A DNA stretch of 64,000 bases from Euprymna scolopes (lineage: Eukaryota). The stretch lies in assembly GCA_053919585.1 (NCBI GenBank), contig CM132796.1; one strand, written 5' to 3'. The translations under genes were made by a program, and so were the position numbers. Position 1 is the stretch's first letter, and each line of letters opens with the position of its first letter. The notes beneath the pieces are model-generated. The model was not told where the DNA came from. It worked only from the letters and a program-made list of their open reading frames with translations, and did no database searches. Below, piece by piece: positions 1 through 11,152 of the stretch.

Positions 1-1045
1 TGAGCTGGACTTATGTCGGTTGAATCTGCGGAACGCATGCTGCCTTTGACAAATGGCAGCTGCACAAGCAGAAGTAAACCATTGGGGAAGGTGGTGCTTG
101 CTATAGAATTTCCGTGCGGGAACATGTGCTTCAATAGCAGTTTTGAACCATTCAATGGTCTCATTTGCACACTGTTCCGCTGGAAGAGTAAAGATATTTT
201 GCCATGGGGCACCTCTGATGAGCTCCCTGATGGCTTCCCAATCAGCCTTTTTGTAATACCTCGTTGTTTGGAGTAGTGGGTCTTCAGTTTTAGGGCGATA
301 ATTTAGGCTGATTTCTACCATTATCACAGCGTGATCAGCATTCCCGAGTGGGCTGTGGGCATTCGTTGTACAGTCATTGGGAACCGTTGTCAGAAAGAGA
401 TCTAGAACTGAGGCATGTTGATCTTGCTGGTCTGGGAAACGTGTCGGAAATGTAACCAACTGAGATAGGGAATGGGATATAGAGAAGCTATGTGTTGCGC
501 TACCAGCTACGTCTGTGTGATTAGAGAATACTAGCCAGTTACTGTGGTGGACATTGAAGTCACCAAATACATGTATTTGTGCGCTAGTATCGAGGGAGAG
601 TGATATATCTGTGCTGTCTGAGACTTTGTTTATTAGGGTACAGTCTTGGTTTGAGGGAGAGCGGTAGAGAAAATACAAGTAGCTAATATTGTGTTGCATA
701 TTTAGTCTGAAGCACATAAAGGCCTGGTCCTCTGATTCTAGTTTTATTTCTCTAGTCAGGAGGAGGGTGTTACGAATATAGTCCATGCATATGTCTGTCC
801 GAGTCCTTACGGTAGAGTGGGAGATAACCAGACATGTTAAAGTTGTTAGAGGGAATGGAGGAGTGAAGGTTAGTTTCACTTAATGCTAAGATACCCGGGG
901 TGTTTACAAGGAGAAATGACTCAACATCATCTAAGATAGTTCTAAGCCCGCGGATATTAGTAAATACAAGCCTCAAGGGGGGAGGCAGGTTGTTTTTCTT
1001 TGAGTTTGGTCCTGGTTTAAACGTAACTTTTGCTTGAGCTGTCAT
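1..1045 (-). pseudogene. Frameshifted LINE ORF2 N-terminus (apurinic-like endonuclease domain and linker)
   Basis: Two reading frames join at ~780 (HMHGL / YIRNTL). The catalytic GDFN and DH motifs are present. Confidence 0.88.
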
Positions 1046-1820
1046 TTCATTTTATTTTATTTTATTTAAAAGTTTCAGTTAGGGTGAGTGAGGGAGGGGG
1101 TTCTGGACAAGTAGTTGTGCAGAATACCAGACATGCAATACAAGTAGACCATCAGCTGTCCAGGATTGTGGCCTCAGGAAAATCCACCGGGGATGAGTGC
1201 AGGGTCCCTTTCCATGCGCGACATGGCACTACAAACATCCCGATATTTTACAACTGTTGATGGAACAGCCGCTGTAAGCGCTACCAAAGAGTTAGGGCTC
1301 CTGTACTATCAGTCGGAAACAGCAGCCAGCAACTGCCAATCCGGTACCCTCAATCCGTTTGGCAAAGCCAGCCCAGTCCAACTGCACCGACATATATGGC
1401 ACTGAAGCACCCCACTGTGTCCAGTTTAGGAGGATGGGATGTGGCGGGAGCGGGAAAAAGCAGCGTTCATTGCCCTAGTCAGGAAACAAGGTCAACCACT
1501 GGGTGATTCAGACGAGTCCCTGTGATAGTACCTCTACGCCTGGCCAATAGGCAAAGAAGGAGTATGAAATCCGGGCGATAGACAGAGCCTATATCCTCCT
1601 TAAGCAGTTTAAGTTTGCCAACCGGTGATTTGTTTGAGTCACCAGTTCTAGGAAGGTTGTCGTCCAGGACTGAAGAGGCATCCCTCCCCTAGGTTTAGTT
1701 GCAGAGTTTTCCTTCTCCTAGACGGATGACCTGGGAAGACCTACGGATCCATCAGCTCCGAGGGGGTTCGCTCCGCGCCTGGGTCCTAATCCAGGTATTT
1801 CTGCGACCCCGTATGGGTAG
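1..1820 (-). mobile_element. 5' part of a CR1/Zenon-like LINE: ~770-nt GC-richer leader plus APE endonuclease ORF running off the window edge
   Basis: ORF 770..1045 has APE motifs FTNIRGL and LALSET. After a frameshift near 780, manual translation of 780->1 is open and contains YRSPS, VFGDFNVHH, PTRFP, LDLFLT, LGNADH, ADWEAIR and PQWFT. The 5' boundary is estimated from the GC drop near 1820. Confidence 0.88.
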
Positions 1821-2087
1821 TTAATATTTATTGGTTATTTAGGTTAATATCTCCTGAATAAATCGGGCATTTAGGTTAACTTCTACAGAAAATTTTCACT
1901 CCTCAAACGTGGTTAAAAAGGGCATTACTATGCTTCCATTTTCATTTTTACTGGGAGAGGGTATAGGTAAAAATTCATGCAGTGGAAGCAGCTAAATTTG
2001 CTACAGTATTGAATTGAGAGAGACGAGTTAATGTATGGTTAGATATAGTTTTGTAAGTTTATATATATATATATATAAATCATCTAT

Positions 2088-2448
2088 ATAATGGAATCAT
2101 GCCGATTTTGCACGGGTTTTTGGAGGTGTATCTTGAGCAAAAATAAAAGCGTTAACATTTGTTTTGTACTCAAATAAGATTATTAAGTTTGATCCATGTC
2201 CAAGGAATCTATATCTAAAATTTCAAGTGTTTATACCCAAAATTGTTAGAGGAGTTTAGTAGAGTTCTCAAAGGTCAAATCGTTTCTGGCCGAAAACCGA
2301 TCAGAAAGATTCTCCAAAATCTCAGTACCCTGTATATGAAATTTCGAGTCTGTAGACTTAAAATCGACAGAGTTATTGCGTAGGTAAATCTACACAGACA
2401 CACAGACAGACACACATATAGACACATTCACTTTTATAGAGATATAGA
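2088..2448 (-). mobile_element. Non-autonomous Helitron-like element
   Basis: The minus strand begins A|TCTATATCTCTATAAAAGTG followed by a (TGTC)n/(TG)n tract, as in non-autonomous Helitron 5' ends. A degenerate GC-rich hairpin remnant (gccgattttgcacggg) lies at the other end. Confidence 0.5.
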
Positions 2449-2860
2449 TTTACTATCTATTATGTTTATTTACTCGACTCTCGCAAACAATATTTTAAAA
2501 GCTGAGGTGGCATAAAATTCCATCACTTTCCTTTGTTACTAACTTCCACCATTTTCACTCTATGCATTTTTTGTCAATTTACTATAGTTAAATTACCACC
2601 GTTTATTCCGTAATAAACGCGTCCGTATTTAATTATAATCAACAACCGATCACTTCCAATCCATACGTCTCCATCGCATTTGTTTCTGTTCTGTTTTAAT
2701 ATTTAATTCGTTCTATTTACCTAATTTTATTATTTTCACGCAAATAAAATTTGGTAATTAAATAGATTTATATTATACTTATATATGAAATTACGTTAAT
2801 ATTCATGTGATTCAGAACAGAATAAACACGTTATCAAACGCTTTTTAAGATAGCGGAATC

Positions 2861-4203
2861 AGCCCTTGATATTTGCGTACTTAATTGAGCCCTTGATATT
2901 TACATACTTAATTGAGCCCTTGATATTTGCATACTTAATTGAGCCCTTGATATTTACATACTTAATTGAGCCCTTGATATTTACATACTTAATTGAGCCC
3001 TTGATATTTGCATACTTAATTGAGCCCTTAATATTTGCATACTTAATTGAGCCCTTGATATTTGCATACTTAATTGAGCCCTTAATATTTGCATACTTAA
3101 TTGAGCCCTTAATATTTGCATACTTAATTGAGCCCTTGATATTTGCATACTTAATTGAGCCCTTGATATTTGCATACTTAATTGAGCCCTTAATATTTGC
3201 ATACTTAATTGAGCCCTTGATATTTACATACTTAATTGAGCCCTTGATATTTGCATACTTAATTGAGCCCTTGATATTTGCATACTTAATTGAGCCCTTA
3301 ATATTTGCATACTTAATTGAGCCCTTAATATTTGCATACTTAATTGAGCCCTTGATATTTGCATACTTAATTGAGCCCTTGATATTTGCATACTTAATTG
3401 AGCCCTTAATATTTGCATACTTAATTGAGCCCTTAATATTTGCATACTTAATTGAGCCCTTGATATTTGCATACTTAATTGAGCCCTTGATATTTACATA
3501 CTTAATTGAGCCCTTGATATTTACATACTTAATTGAGCCCTTGATATTTGCATACTTAATTGAGCCCTTAATATTTGCATACTTAATTGAGCCCTTGATA
3601 TTTGCATACTTAATTGAGCCCTTAATATTTGCATACTTAATTGAGCCCTTGATATTTGCATACTTAATTGAGCCCTTAATATTTGCATACTTAATTGAGC
3701 CCTTAATATTTGCATACTTAATTGAGCCCTTAATATTTGCATACTTAATTGAGCCCTTGATATTTGCATACTTAATTGAGCCCTTGATATTTGCATACTT
3801 AATTGAGCCCTTGATATTTGCATACTTAATTGAGCCCTTGATATTTGCGTACTTAATTGAGCCCTTAATATTTGCATACTTAATTGAGCCCTTGATATTT
3901 GCATACTTAATTGAGCCCTTGATATTTGCGTACTTAATTGAGCCCTTAATATTTGCATACTTAATTGAGCCCTTGATATTTGCATACTTAATTGAGCCCT
4001 TAATATTTGCATACTTAATTGAGCCCTTAATATTTGCATACTTAATTGAGCCCTTAATATTTGCATACTTAATTGAGCCCTTGATATTTGCATACTTAAT
4101 TGAGCCCTTGATATTTGCATACTTAATTGAGCCCTTGATATTTGCATACTTAATTGAGCCCTTGATATTTGCATACTTAATTGAGCCCTTGATATTTGCG
4201 TAC
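2861..4203. repeat. 27-bp minisatellite, ~50 copies, consensus GAGCCCTT(G/A)ATATTT(G/A)C(A/G)TACTTAATT
   Basis: Directly visible tandem array. The 455-aa (IEPLIFAYL)n ORF shows there are no frameshifting indels. Confidence 0.98.
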
Positions 4204-4610
4204 GTACGACTGTCTACTTTTCTACTACTATAAACTGAAATTTCGTATTTTCCCGGTAGTCATTCAAACAGTATGATAGGTATATGCAAAGACGTGTTGT
4301 ATGTAATCGTTATAGTTTTTCTACGGCTTAACGAATTTATTAACACCATGCTTCGTCATCCCAGTTTGCAGAAATCAAAATAGCAAGAAAGGAACATGAG
4401 TAGAAATAAAGGTAGTAGGGAGATAAAGAAAACAACTCACTCATTATAGTCGTTTTAGTTGAGGCAATATAGCGATAAACATATATTATACGGAATGTAT
4501 GGATACTTACTTTAAGGATGACTGTGCGTAAAATTTGTGTGGCACGAAATGCGCAATCTCTAACCACACACCTCCTTAGTTGACACTGTTAAATACCAGT
4601 GGCAAGTGGA

Positions 4611-4611
4611 G

Positions 4612-4658
<47 letters not shown>

Positions 4659-4675
4659 GTATGTGTGTGTGTGTG
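4611..4675. repeat. (TA)n(TG)n microsatellite
   Basis: Visible in sequence. Confidence 0.95.
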
Positions 4676-4789
4676 AAATTAGTATATGTAGGCAGCATTT
4701 TTTCTTTTATAGAGGTTTCATTAAATAGCACAGATAACTCTTGTTTGTTTTTCTTGTAATCCTCCTTTTCTCTTTATCGGACCATTTTC

Positions 4790-5200
4790 CGAATGTTTTT
4801 TTTTCTGGGTGAAAAAAGAAATTTCCCATAATCGCGAATGTTTACGACCTCCATTGGTCATCCTCAGGCGAGTAGTAAAAAATAAAAACTGAAACGGAAA
4901 AATGAAAGTAGCGAGATGAAATGAAAAGATGATTAAAAGATGATTAAAAGGCGATTAAAATCGCTTAAAATCATTAAAATACTCAAAAGCACTTGAGCGT
5001 GCCCCCCGTTTCGTTTTGAGTCTGGTTAATCGTTGGTTTTTTAACGGTTGATTAACAATGTCTCAAAGATTGGGTTGCGCACCTCGCAATACGAGACAGT
5101 TAAAATGGCTGTGTTGTTTATTAATATGTCTCTAAACTCATTTTTAGCACACCACACCCCTAAAAATGTAGGTAGGGGAGATTTTTCATGTTGAGTTTTT
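4790..5200 (-). mobile_element. Degenerate Penelope-like element 3' end (GIY-YIG tail plus terminal repeat region)
   Basis: Minus-strand translation NTAILTVSYCEVRNPIFETLLINR*KPTIN resembles the E-x-L-x-I-x3-KP-x-(L/I)N end of Penelope GIY-YIG domains. A hammerhead-like motif follows ~150 nt downstream. Boundaries are approximate. Confidence 0.62.
4832..4871 (-). ncRNA. Degenerate minimal type I hammerhead ribozyme
   Basis: Minus strand TCGC-CTGAGGA-T-GACC-AATGGA-GGTC-GTAAAC-ATTC-GCGA: CUGAnGA core, stem II GACC/GGTC and stem I TCGC/GCGA. The GAAA core carries an inserted T. Confidence 0.6.
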
Positions 5201-6245
5201 GGGATTTGTTGAACAGGTCGATAGACTTGGTTGGAGCAGGACAGAGAGGGAAAGTAAGAGAGAATATGACAAGATTTTTTGTAGCACATGATAAGGTAAA
5301 GCCGTAACAATTACCCACTAGTATGGCATCGAGAGACCCTACCAGAAACTACTGTATGGTCCAGAATCCATTCACCAAATGACAATACAGCAGCCCCAGT
5401 ACTTTGCACCTGCTGATAGGACAGCCTCCTTAGTGGTTAATCCAAGGTTCGGGTCCCTGGCTATCAGGTAGATAACGTCAGCCCGGATAAAACGTTTACC
5501 TCTAGCGCCCTTACTAGTGACATGACCTCAAGGATAGACATAGAAACAGAAATTTTCCGACATCTCAGGCTACTGTTCACAAAGTATTACCAACCTGGAA
5601 AACAGCTTTTTCTTCACCCTTTGTCAGAAAAATCACTCATTGGAAATAAGGACTGAAGGACAAAAAAGGAGAAGCGAGAGTTACTGGAGCTGCCGATAAC
5701 ACATCCACATGCATTATCTACTCTCCATTAAAAAATGGACAGAAATGGTGAGAAGGACTTATTAATATCTACTTAGTATAAGTCTGTTGCCCCATTCCTA
5801 GTTTAGGATATTACTTGAAGATAGTCTCCCCTCTCATATTAATGCATGGCTACATTTGCCTTTATCTACATAGAGCTAGAATGTTCAAGAATTCAAGCTC
5901 CACCCCATAATAAATATGCTATAATGAAATTTTTATGAAATTGGAAAGTCTGGTTTTAACTCGTTCAAAAAACTGTTTAAGAAGTAATACCTTTAGGGTT
6001 ACGTATTAAGTTTAGACTAGATAGAATTAATGCATAGTTTAGAAAGAGAAAAAAAGCCGCGTGTTTTTTAGTTCAGATAATATGCAGGTATTATTTGGGA
6101 AATGTTCAATTTCATAGGCGACTTTTTGTTCTCGTTTTAAATACAGAAAAAACGTATTGGTTAATAATAGTGTATTTGACAAAAAAGATTTAGGAAAAAA
6201 GATAAATAAAAAGAAAACGAGACAAATATTCAGGATTCAATTCAA

Positions 6246-6376
6246 NNNNNNNNNNNNNNNNNNNNNNNNNNNNNNNNNNNNNNNNNNNNNNNNNNNNNNN
6301 NNNNNNNNNNNNNNNNNNNNNNNNNNNNNNNNNNNNNNNNNNNNNNNNNNNNNNNNNNNNNNNNNNNNNNNNNNNN
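6246..6376. other. N run (gap or masked sequence)
   Basis: 131 N. Confidence 0.99.
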
Positions 6377-6668
6377 CTAATTTTTCATTTTTAATGTATT
6401 CTCTGATTTCTTTATTCTTTTTTTCACATTTTATAAACCTTTCGCAAAAACGTATTTTTCTTGCATTGATGACTACTTTTCATGTGATTTACTTCAATTA
6501 ATGCTAGTACTAGCAATTTTATAGTTTTGCTAGAATATTCATTTGCTAATATCATCTCTCTTATAAGAAGAACGCATCCCTTTAAAAGTCCACAGATTAA
6601 GGACATTTTAATATATTCATTTTGAGTATGCTATCGAGCAATAAATCAATGTAAAATATATATTTACA

Positions 6669-6932
6669 GTATTCGTAACACCGTCACCATAAATAGGGAA
6701 TCTAAACAAGAAAAAGATGAACAAGAATTTATGTGCTTTAAACTAACTTTAAAAAATCGCCATAGTAACCCATATTTTTTTGCATTGCTCTCCTTCGACC
6801 CAGGACTGTACTCAAATCAATTCTGGCAGAATGGCTATAGCACTCTTGCTTGACACTAGCGTTGAAATACGGGTATTTGGTGACTTTAACATCCACCACA
6901 ACAATTGCCCTGGCTTCTCTGACAACACAGCC
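6669..6932 (+). mobile_element. Decayed internal APE fragment of a CR1/Zenon-like LINE
   Basis: Translates IRNTVT...FMCFKL...SPSTQDCT...LDTSVEIRVFGDFNIHH, collinear with the APE at ~520-780. Confidence 0.8.
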
Positions 6933-8210
6933 ACAATCGTAAATTATTCATAGCACTTGTTAGAAAATATAACTTCATTTTGTGTGATAGATAATCATAG
7001 TTCGCTGTCAACAGCGTCGGTTTGCTAGGATTTACCGTCAGACCTGGACGAGATTAAAGGGATTACATCATCCTGGTCACATATATCATCCACAAATGTG
7101 TAATGTTTGATCAATATATTGCATCGTCCGATTTTCTAAGCGTTTCAGGCTTTTCCATACTTTAGCAGTTGTTGCTCTTGATTTTGCGATTTAATTTGTT
7201 GTTGCAATAGATATTCTAATATTTGAATTATCAAGTACAAAGAATAGTAACTTTCTTGCTTTTTCTGGTTTAATTTTGAGAAAAATGAATTACCGGGCGA
7301 AACTCTGCCAGGAAATTTCCAAATTAACATGGACACTGCGCGAAGTAATCTACAAAAATCACTAAAACAGCATACAATGAATTGATTCGGTGGAGCACAA
7401 AGTTCACCTTCGCATGAATTAATTAACTTGCTTTTGATAAAAGAAATCGGCAAAAGTGTTATTATATGCAACTGAGTATGAAATAATGGTGAACAATTTA
7501 GCACTGAAACGGTTGATGCTAAAATGTTACATTGAGTGTGCGTTTCGGTATGGAAACCGGTTATTCGCAAATAAGCTTAGCATTCATATAATTTTTTTCG
7601 AGAGAATATCTGGCAGGCCAGTTTCATTGAAGATTAAATGATTCGTTTTAAGAAACAAAAAAAAATGTAATATCTACTCGAACCCGGATACATGGTATAC
7701 TTTTCTAAAAAAGAACATTCTTTTTTATACTGATCTCCATCATTGTGTGGTCTGATTACGTCTCGATGTTTCGTTCAAGCGTGGACGTGTATTTTTAAAC
7801 AACGGAATTCTACCTGTTAATTTTGGCTCTTTTATCGCGCTGAAATGTCATCACAGAATATTGCTACATCTTGATCCATGTTCGAACTTATTTCTCCCTT
7901 ACATAATCACATATTAGCTTAAAGTGAAGTAGTATGCGTGAATAAAATTAGATTATACACATAGGATGTTCGTTATAAAGTAAAGAAAATAACATTAATG
8001 GCAATATAATTCTTACTTCTTTTGTACAATAACTTCTGTTATTCTGGTGTACAGAGTAAGGAGGATAAAAGACACATCGTTTCAAAGTTAGAAGCAGGAT
8101 TCAACATATTTCTTTTCATGTTTTAAAATGTGCCGATCCATTCAATATTTCACAGGCAAATCTGGTTCACGTCTTACGTTATTCTCCCTCTCTCTTCTAA
8201 CGTTTTTATA

Positions 8211-8475
8211 GGTCCTGGATATGACCTTAAACTACATACAGTGGTGAGGTCCCAGCTTGCGGGCTTTGGAGCAATCCTTTAATTGCCATTGCTCCCAGGT
8301 CCACTCTGACGCGGAATGGTAGTACCTGTTAGGATCGCAACTATGGATAAAATAGAAACCGAATTGAAAACAACAAATATATTCTATCAAAAGAATTTTC
8401 TTCAAAATCTTTGAATTCGGCATTAAATAATCTGAAAAGGGTTGATATGCCGTAAAACAAAAGCAACCAACCCAA
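8211..8475 (+). mobile_element. Short retroposon (SINE-like) with 15-bp target-site duplication
   Basis: Perfect direct repeat TCTAACGTTTTTATA at 8196-8210 and 8476-8490. The insert ends in an A/C-rich tail (aaacaaaagcaaccaacccaa). Confidence 0.8.
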
Positions 8476-9156
8476 TCTAACGTTTTTATAAGTAAACGAT
8501 TAGGAAATGCCTCACTTCTTTTATTTTTCTTCCGACGTTACTTACAATGAGCGATGTTTCTGGCAAAAGAAGGAAAGATTGTGGCTTTCCTGAATTAAGA
8601 ATCTATCTATATCGCATATATCGTTCACTAGTTTAATTTGTGACCATGAAGTTGTACTTCTTACATCTTTAGAAAAAGTAGTGGCATGCTTTCTCTGTAG
8701 TGATTTTGATAAAAATATTCCGCATTATTTTATGAAAGCTACCGAAGCGAAGCAAAATAATTAAAACCGCGCCGCGATAAAGAAAAGCAAATTTAATCGC
8801 ACAAATATCGAACTTTTCCTGCAGGATTTTTCTTATAAAGGTTTAACTGGTATTATTTGCAAACCAGTTGGCTTTTAGACTTTCATGTTCTTCGGATTGA
8901 TCTCCGTATTTATATCTTTTTTATTACGGTGCGTACATACACGGCGTCCCTGGGGAAATATTGTTCCAAGTGCCTGCTCCCAAGACCTGAGTAAATGGAA
9001 GGAGGGTTTATAGGTTTTATAATCTTAAGTAATGTCCATTCGGTGCAATAAACGGTTGATACATAATTTTAAGTGACTCTTCGACAGCACTAATTAATGA
9101 AGAGATGTTTACCCATACACCACGGTCATACATACGCCAATGTCACTCGGCACAAT

Positions 9157-9193
<37 letters not shown>

Positions 9194-9983
9194 ATCAATT
9201 TCTGGTAATGGTGAGCAGTTATAACCTCGTATCTTTTACTACGATTAATATTATTTTAGTGTCAACAGAGTACTTTTTTGTAGGTGTTAAATAGGAATAG
9301 ACGGATTGAAATAATCAATAGATTTTGCACTTCCTAGTGATATATTTTCGTTTTATAATGGCTATGTTTGATTAGAACTTCTTAACACCTAGAAACGGAT
9401 TTTAAGAGGGTGTTAAGAATTAAACATGAATTCGTGATTAATGAAGAATAGATATGTAAAGAGTCATTAATAAATTACACAGAAAATATCATTGCTTCAA
9501 ATATATTCATATAAAATAGTTAGATATTCTTTGTATCGTAAAAATAATTCATTGTTCATTCTTTTATGAAAACTGAATTAAAAAGGTCAGTTAAAAGAAT
9601 GAACAATACAAATTAAAAAGAGGTTACGTAAAAAATAGGTTAGCTGAGAATTCTTTGTTTGCAGAAGTGTGTTTTGGAAACGGTGCTTAGCCACGCGAGT
9701 TGGTCATTTTTTGGAACCACACATTTGACGTCATAGCAAAAAGGGAATTCTCAATATAGGGGCTAGTTTTAGTCAGATCAAGGCAGTCAAGCAGACAGTT
9801 TCGAGCAGTCAACAAAGGCAGTCGGAAAGAGTTGATATGATCAGAGGAGGGTCCCTTTAGAAGCGAAGGGAGGACATTTAATTATGTAGTAACGAATTTG
9901 AATTCCTGACGTCACCATCATTTCGATCGGTCAAATGAAATAAAGAACACCATCGATTTTTGTTACTGTTTGTTTTCGTGTCG

Positions 9984-10090
9984 TCATTCAACAATTGAAG
10001 GTAATGGGTTAATAATCTTAATATGAACTTTGTATAACCCCTTCCAATTAATGCGTTCCCCTCCGCCATCATAAATAATGGTTTCCCTGT
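9984..10090 (-). CDS. Candidate host-gene exon, product unknown
   Basis: Strong polypyrimidine acceptor TGTTCTTTTACTTTAG| at 10091. The phase-1 reading is RETIIYDGGGERINWKGLYKVHIKIINPLPSIVE*; a second frame is open to 9878. No homology recognised. Confidence 0.25.
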
Positions 10091-11152
10091 CTAAAGTAAA
10101 AGAACAGTAATATACATTCATTCAATAATGAATTCCCATCTCTCTTATCTCTCACTGTTATACATGTCTTGTCTCTCTCATCGTTACCTCTGTATTATAT
10201 ATACCCGATATATGATCACCAATATGAAACCCCCTGCTATACAACACGCATTGCACAAATATTAAAATTATACAACTGGTATAATACAAATTAAAGAACT
10301 GCCAAGTCAGACAATAATGCAAATTACTTCGAGATTCAAGAAAAGAGTACAAAATAAACCGCTTTTCATATGAGTCTGTATTTCATTCTACGTCTAATAT
10401 TGACCAGATCGGTGTGTTTATGTAAGGCCTTTCATTGCGGTGTAAGATTAAATGACGTCCGCATGAATTTGTGTTCCGACATTCGTGTACGCTTTCCATT
10501 TCGTGTTAGGGTTTGCTTTTCTACTTTGAGTTTGCCAGTAACTCTCTTTCTTACCAAGGAGATTTTTTTCCCAGACGAAATTGGCTTTCTCAAAGATACC
10601 CGATATTTGAGGAATCTTGTCTAGCACATTCAAACTGTTAACATTGATTATGTAGCCAATAGAAAAGGTAATGATGAAAATAATATTGTTAGCGTGTGTT
10701 ACGTGATTGGAATTTCATTGATTTATGTGACTTTTCCCAATCATAAATCTATTGTGTTTATTTGATTTCTAAACGGTATTGTTCATTTACGATACATTGC
10801 ACGCCAACGAAAGTTAGTGAATGATACTAACAACTATTTAATGGTTAATTGTATAATGTTTTGCAAGGCAAACCGATTGTTATTATAATCAAGTTTTTTA
10901 TTATAACGATCGTGCGGGCGAGTGATGATTGTCAAGAGAAGGGCCTCGTATTTCATTCCCTATCTTGTTATGTTGTGTTGCAATATTAAGAAAATTTATT
11001 TTCTGTTTGTTATATTTTACAAACCAGAAAATTAAATATTGAAATTTTGTTCGTAAACAGTTTTATCCTTTTTTACTCATAGCGCATGTATTAAAATGCA
11101 TTAATCACGATTGAGAGATAGAAAGAGAGTTAGAGAAGGTAGAAATAAATAT

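Noticed and set aside
2981-4174. (MQISRAQLS)n and (IEPLIFAYL)n ORFs as genes
   Set aside because: A 27-bp unit with no stop in a frame automatically gives long ORFs. There is no non-repetitive domain or other support.
5420-5760. Possible tRNA-SINE head or decayed LINE endonuclease
   Set aside because: Box spacing and protein motifs are too degenerate to support a call.
7000-8000. Possible decayed coding/transposase region (ORFs 7145..7570, 7456..7641)
   Set aside because: No recognisable motif in the frames inspected.
9660-9875. Possible solo LTR (AGTC-rich repeats, TATA-like element)
   Set aside because: No TG...CA termini, TSD or partner LTR identified.
10158-10352. Aquaporin-like look of IGDHISGIYNTEVT
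   Set aside because: Lacks the NPA motif and supporting transmembrane context; likely coincidental.
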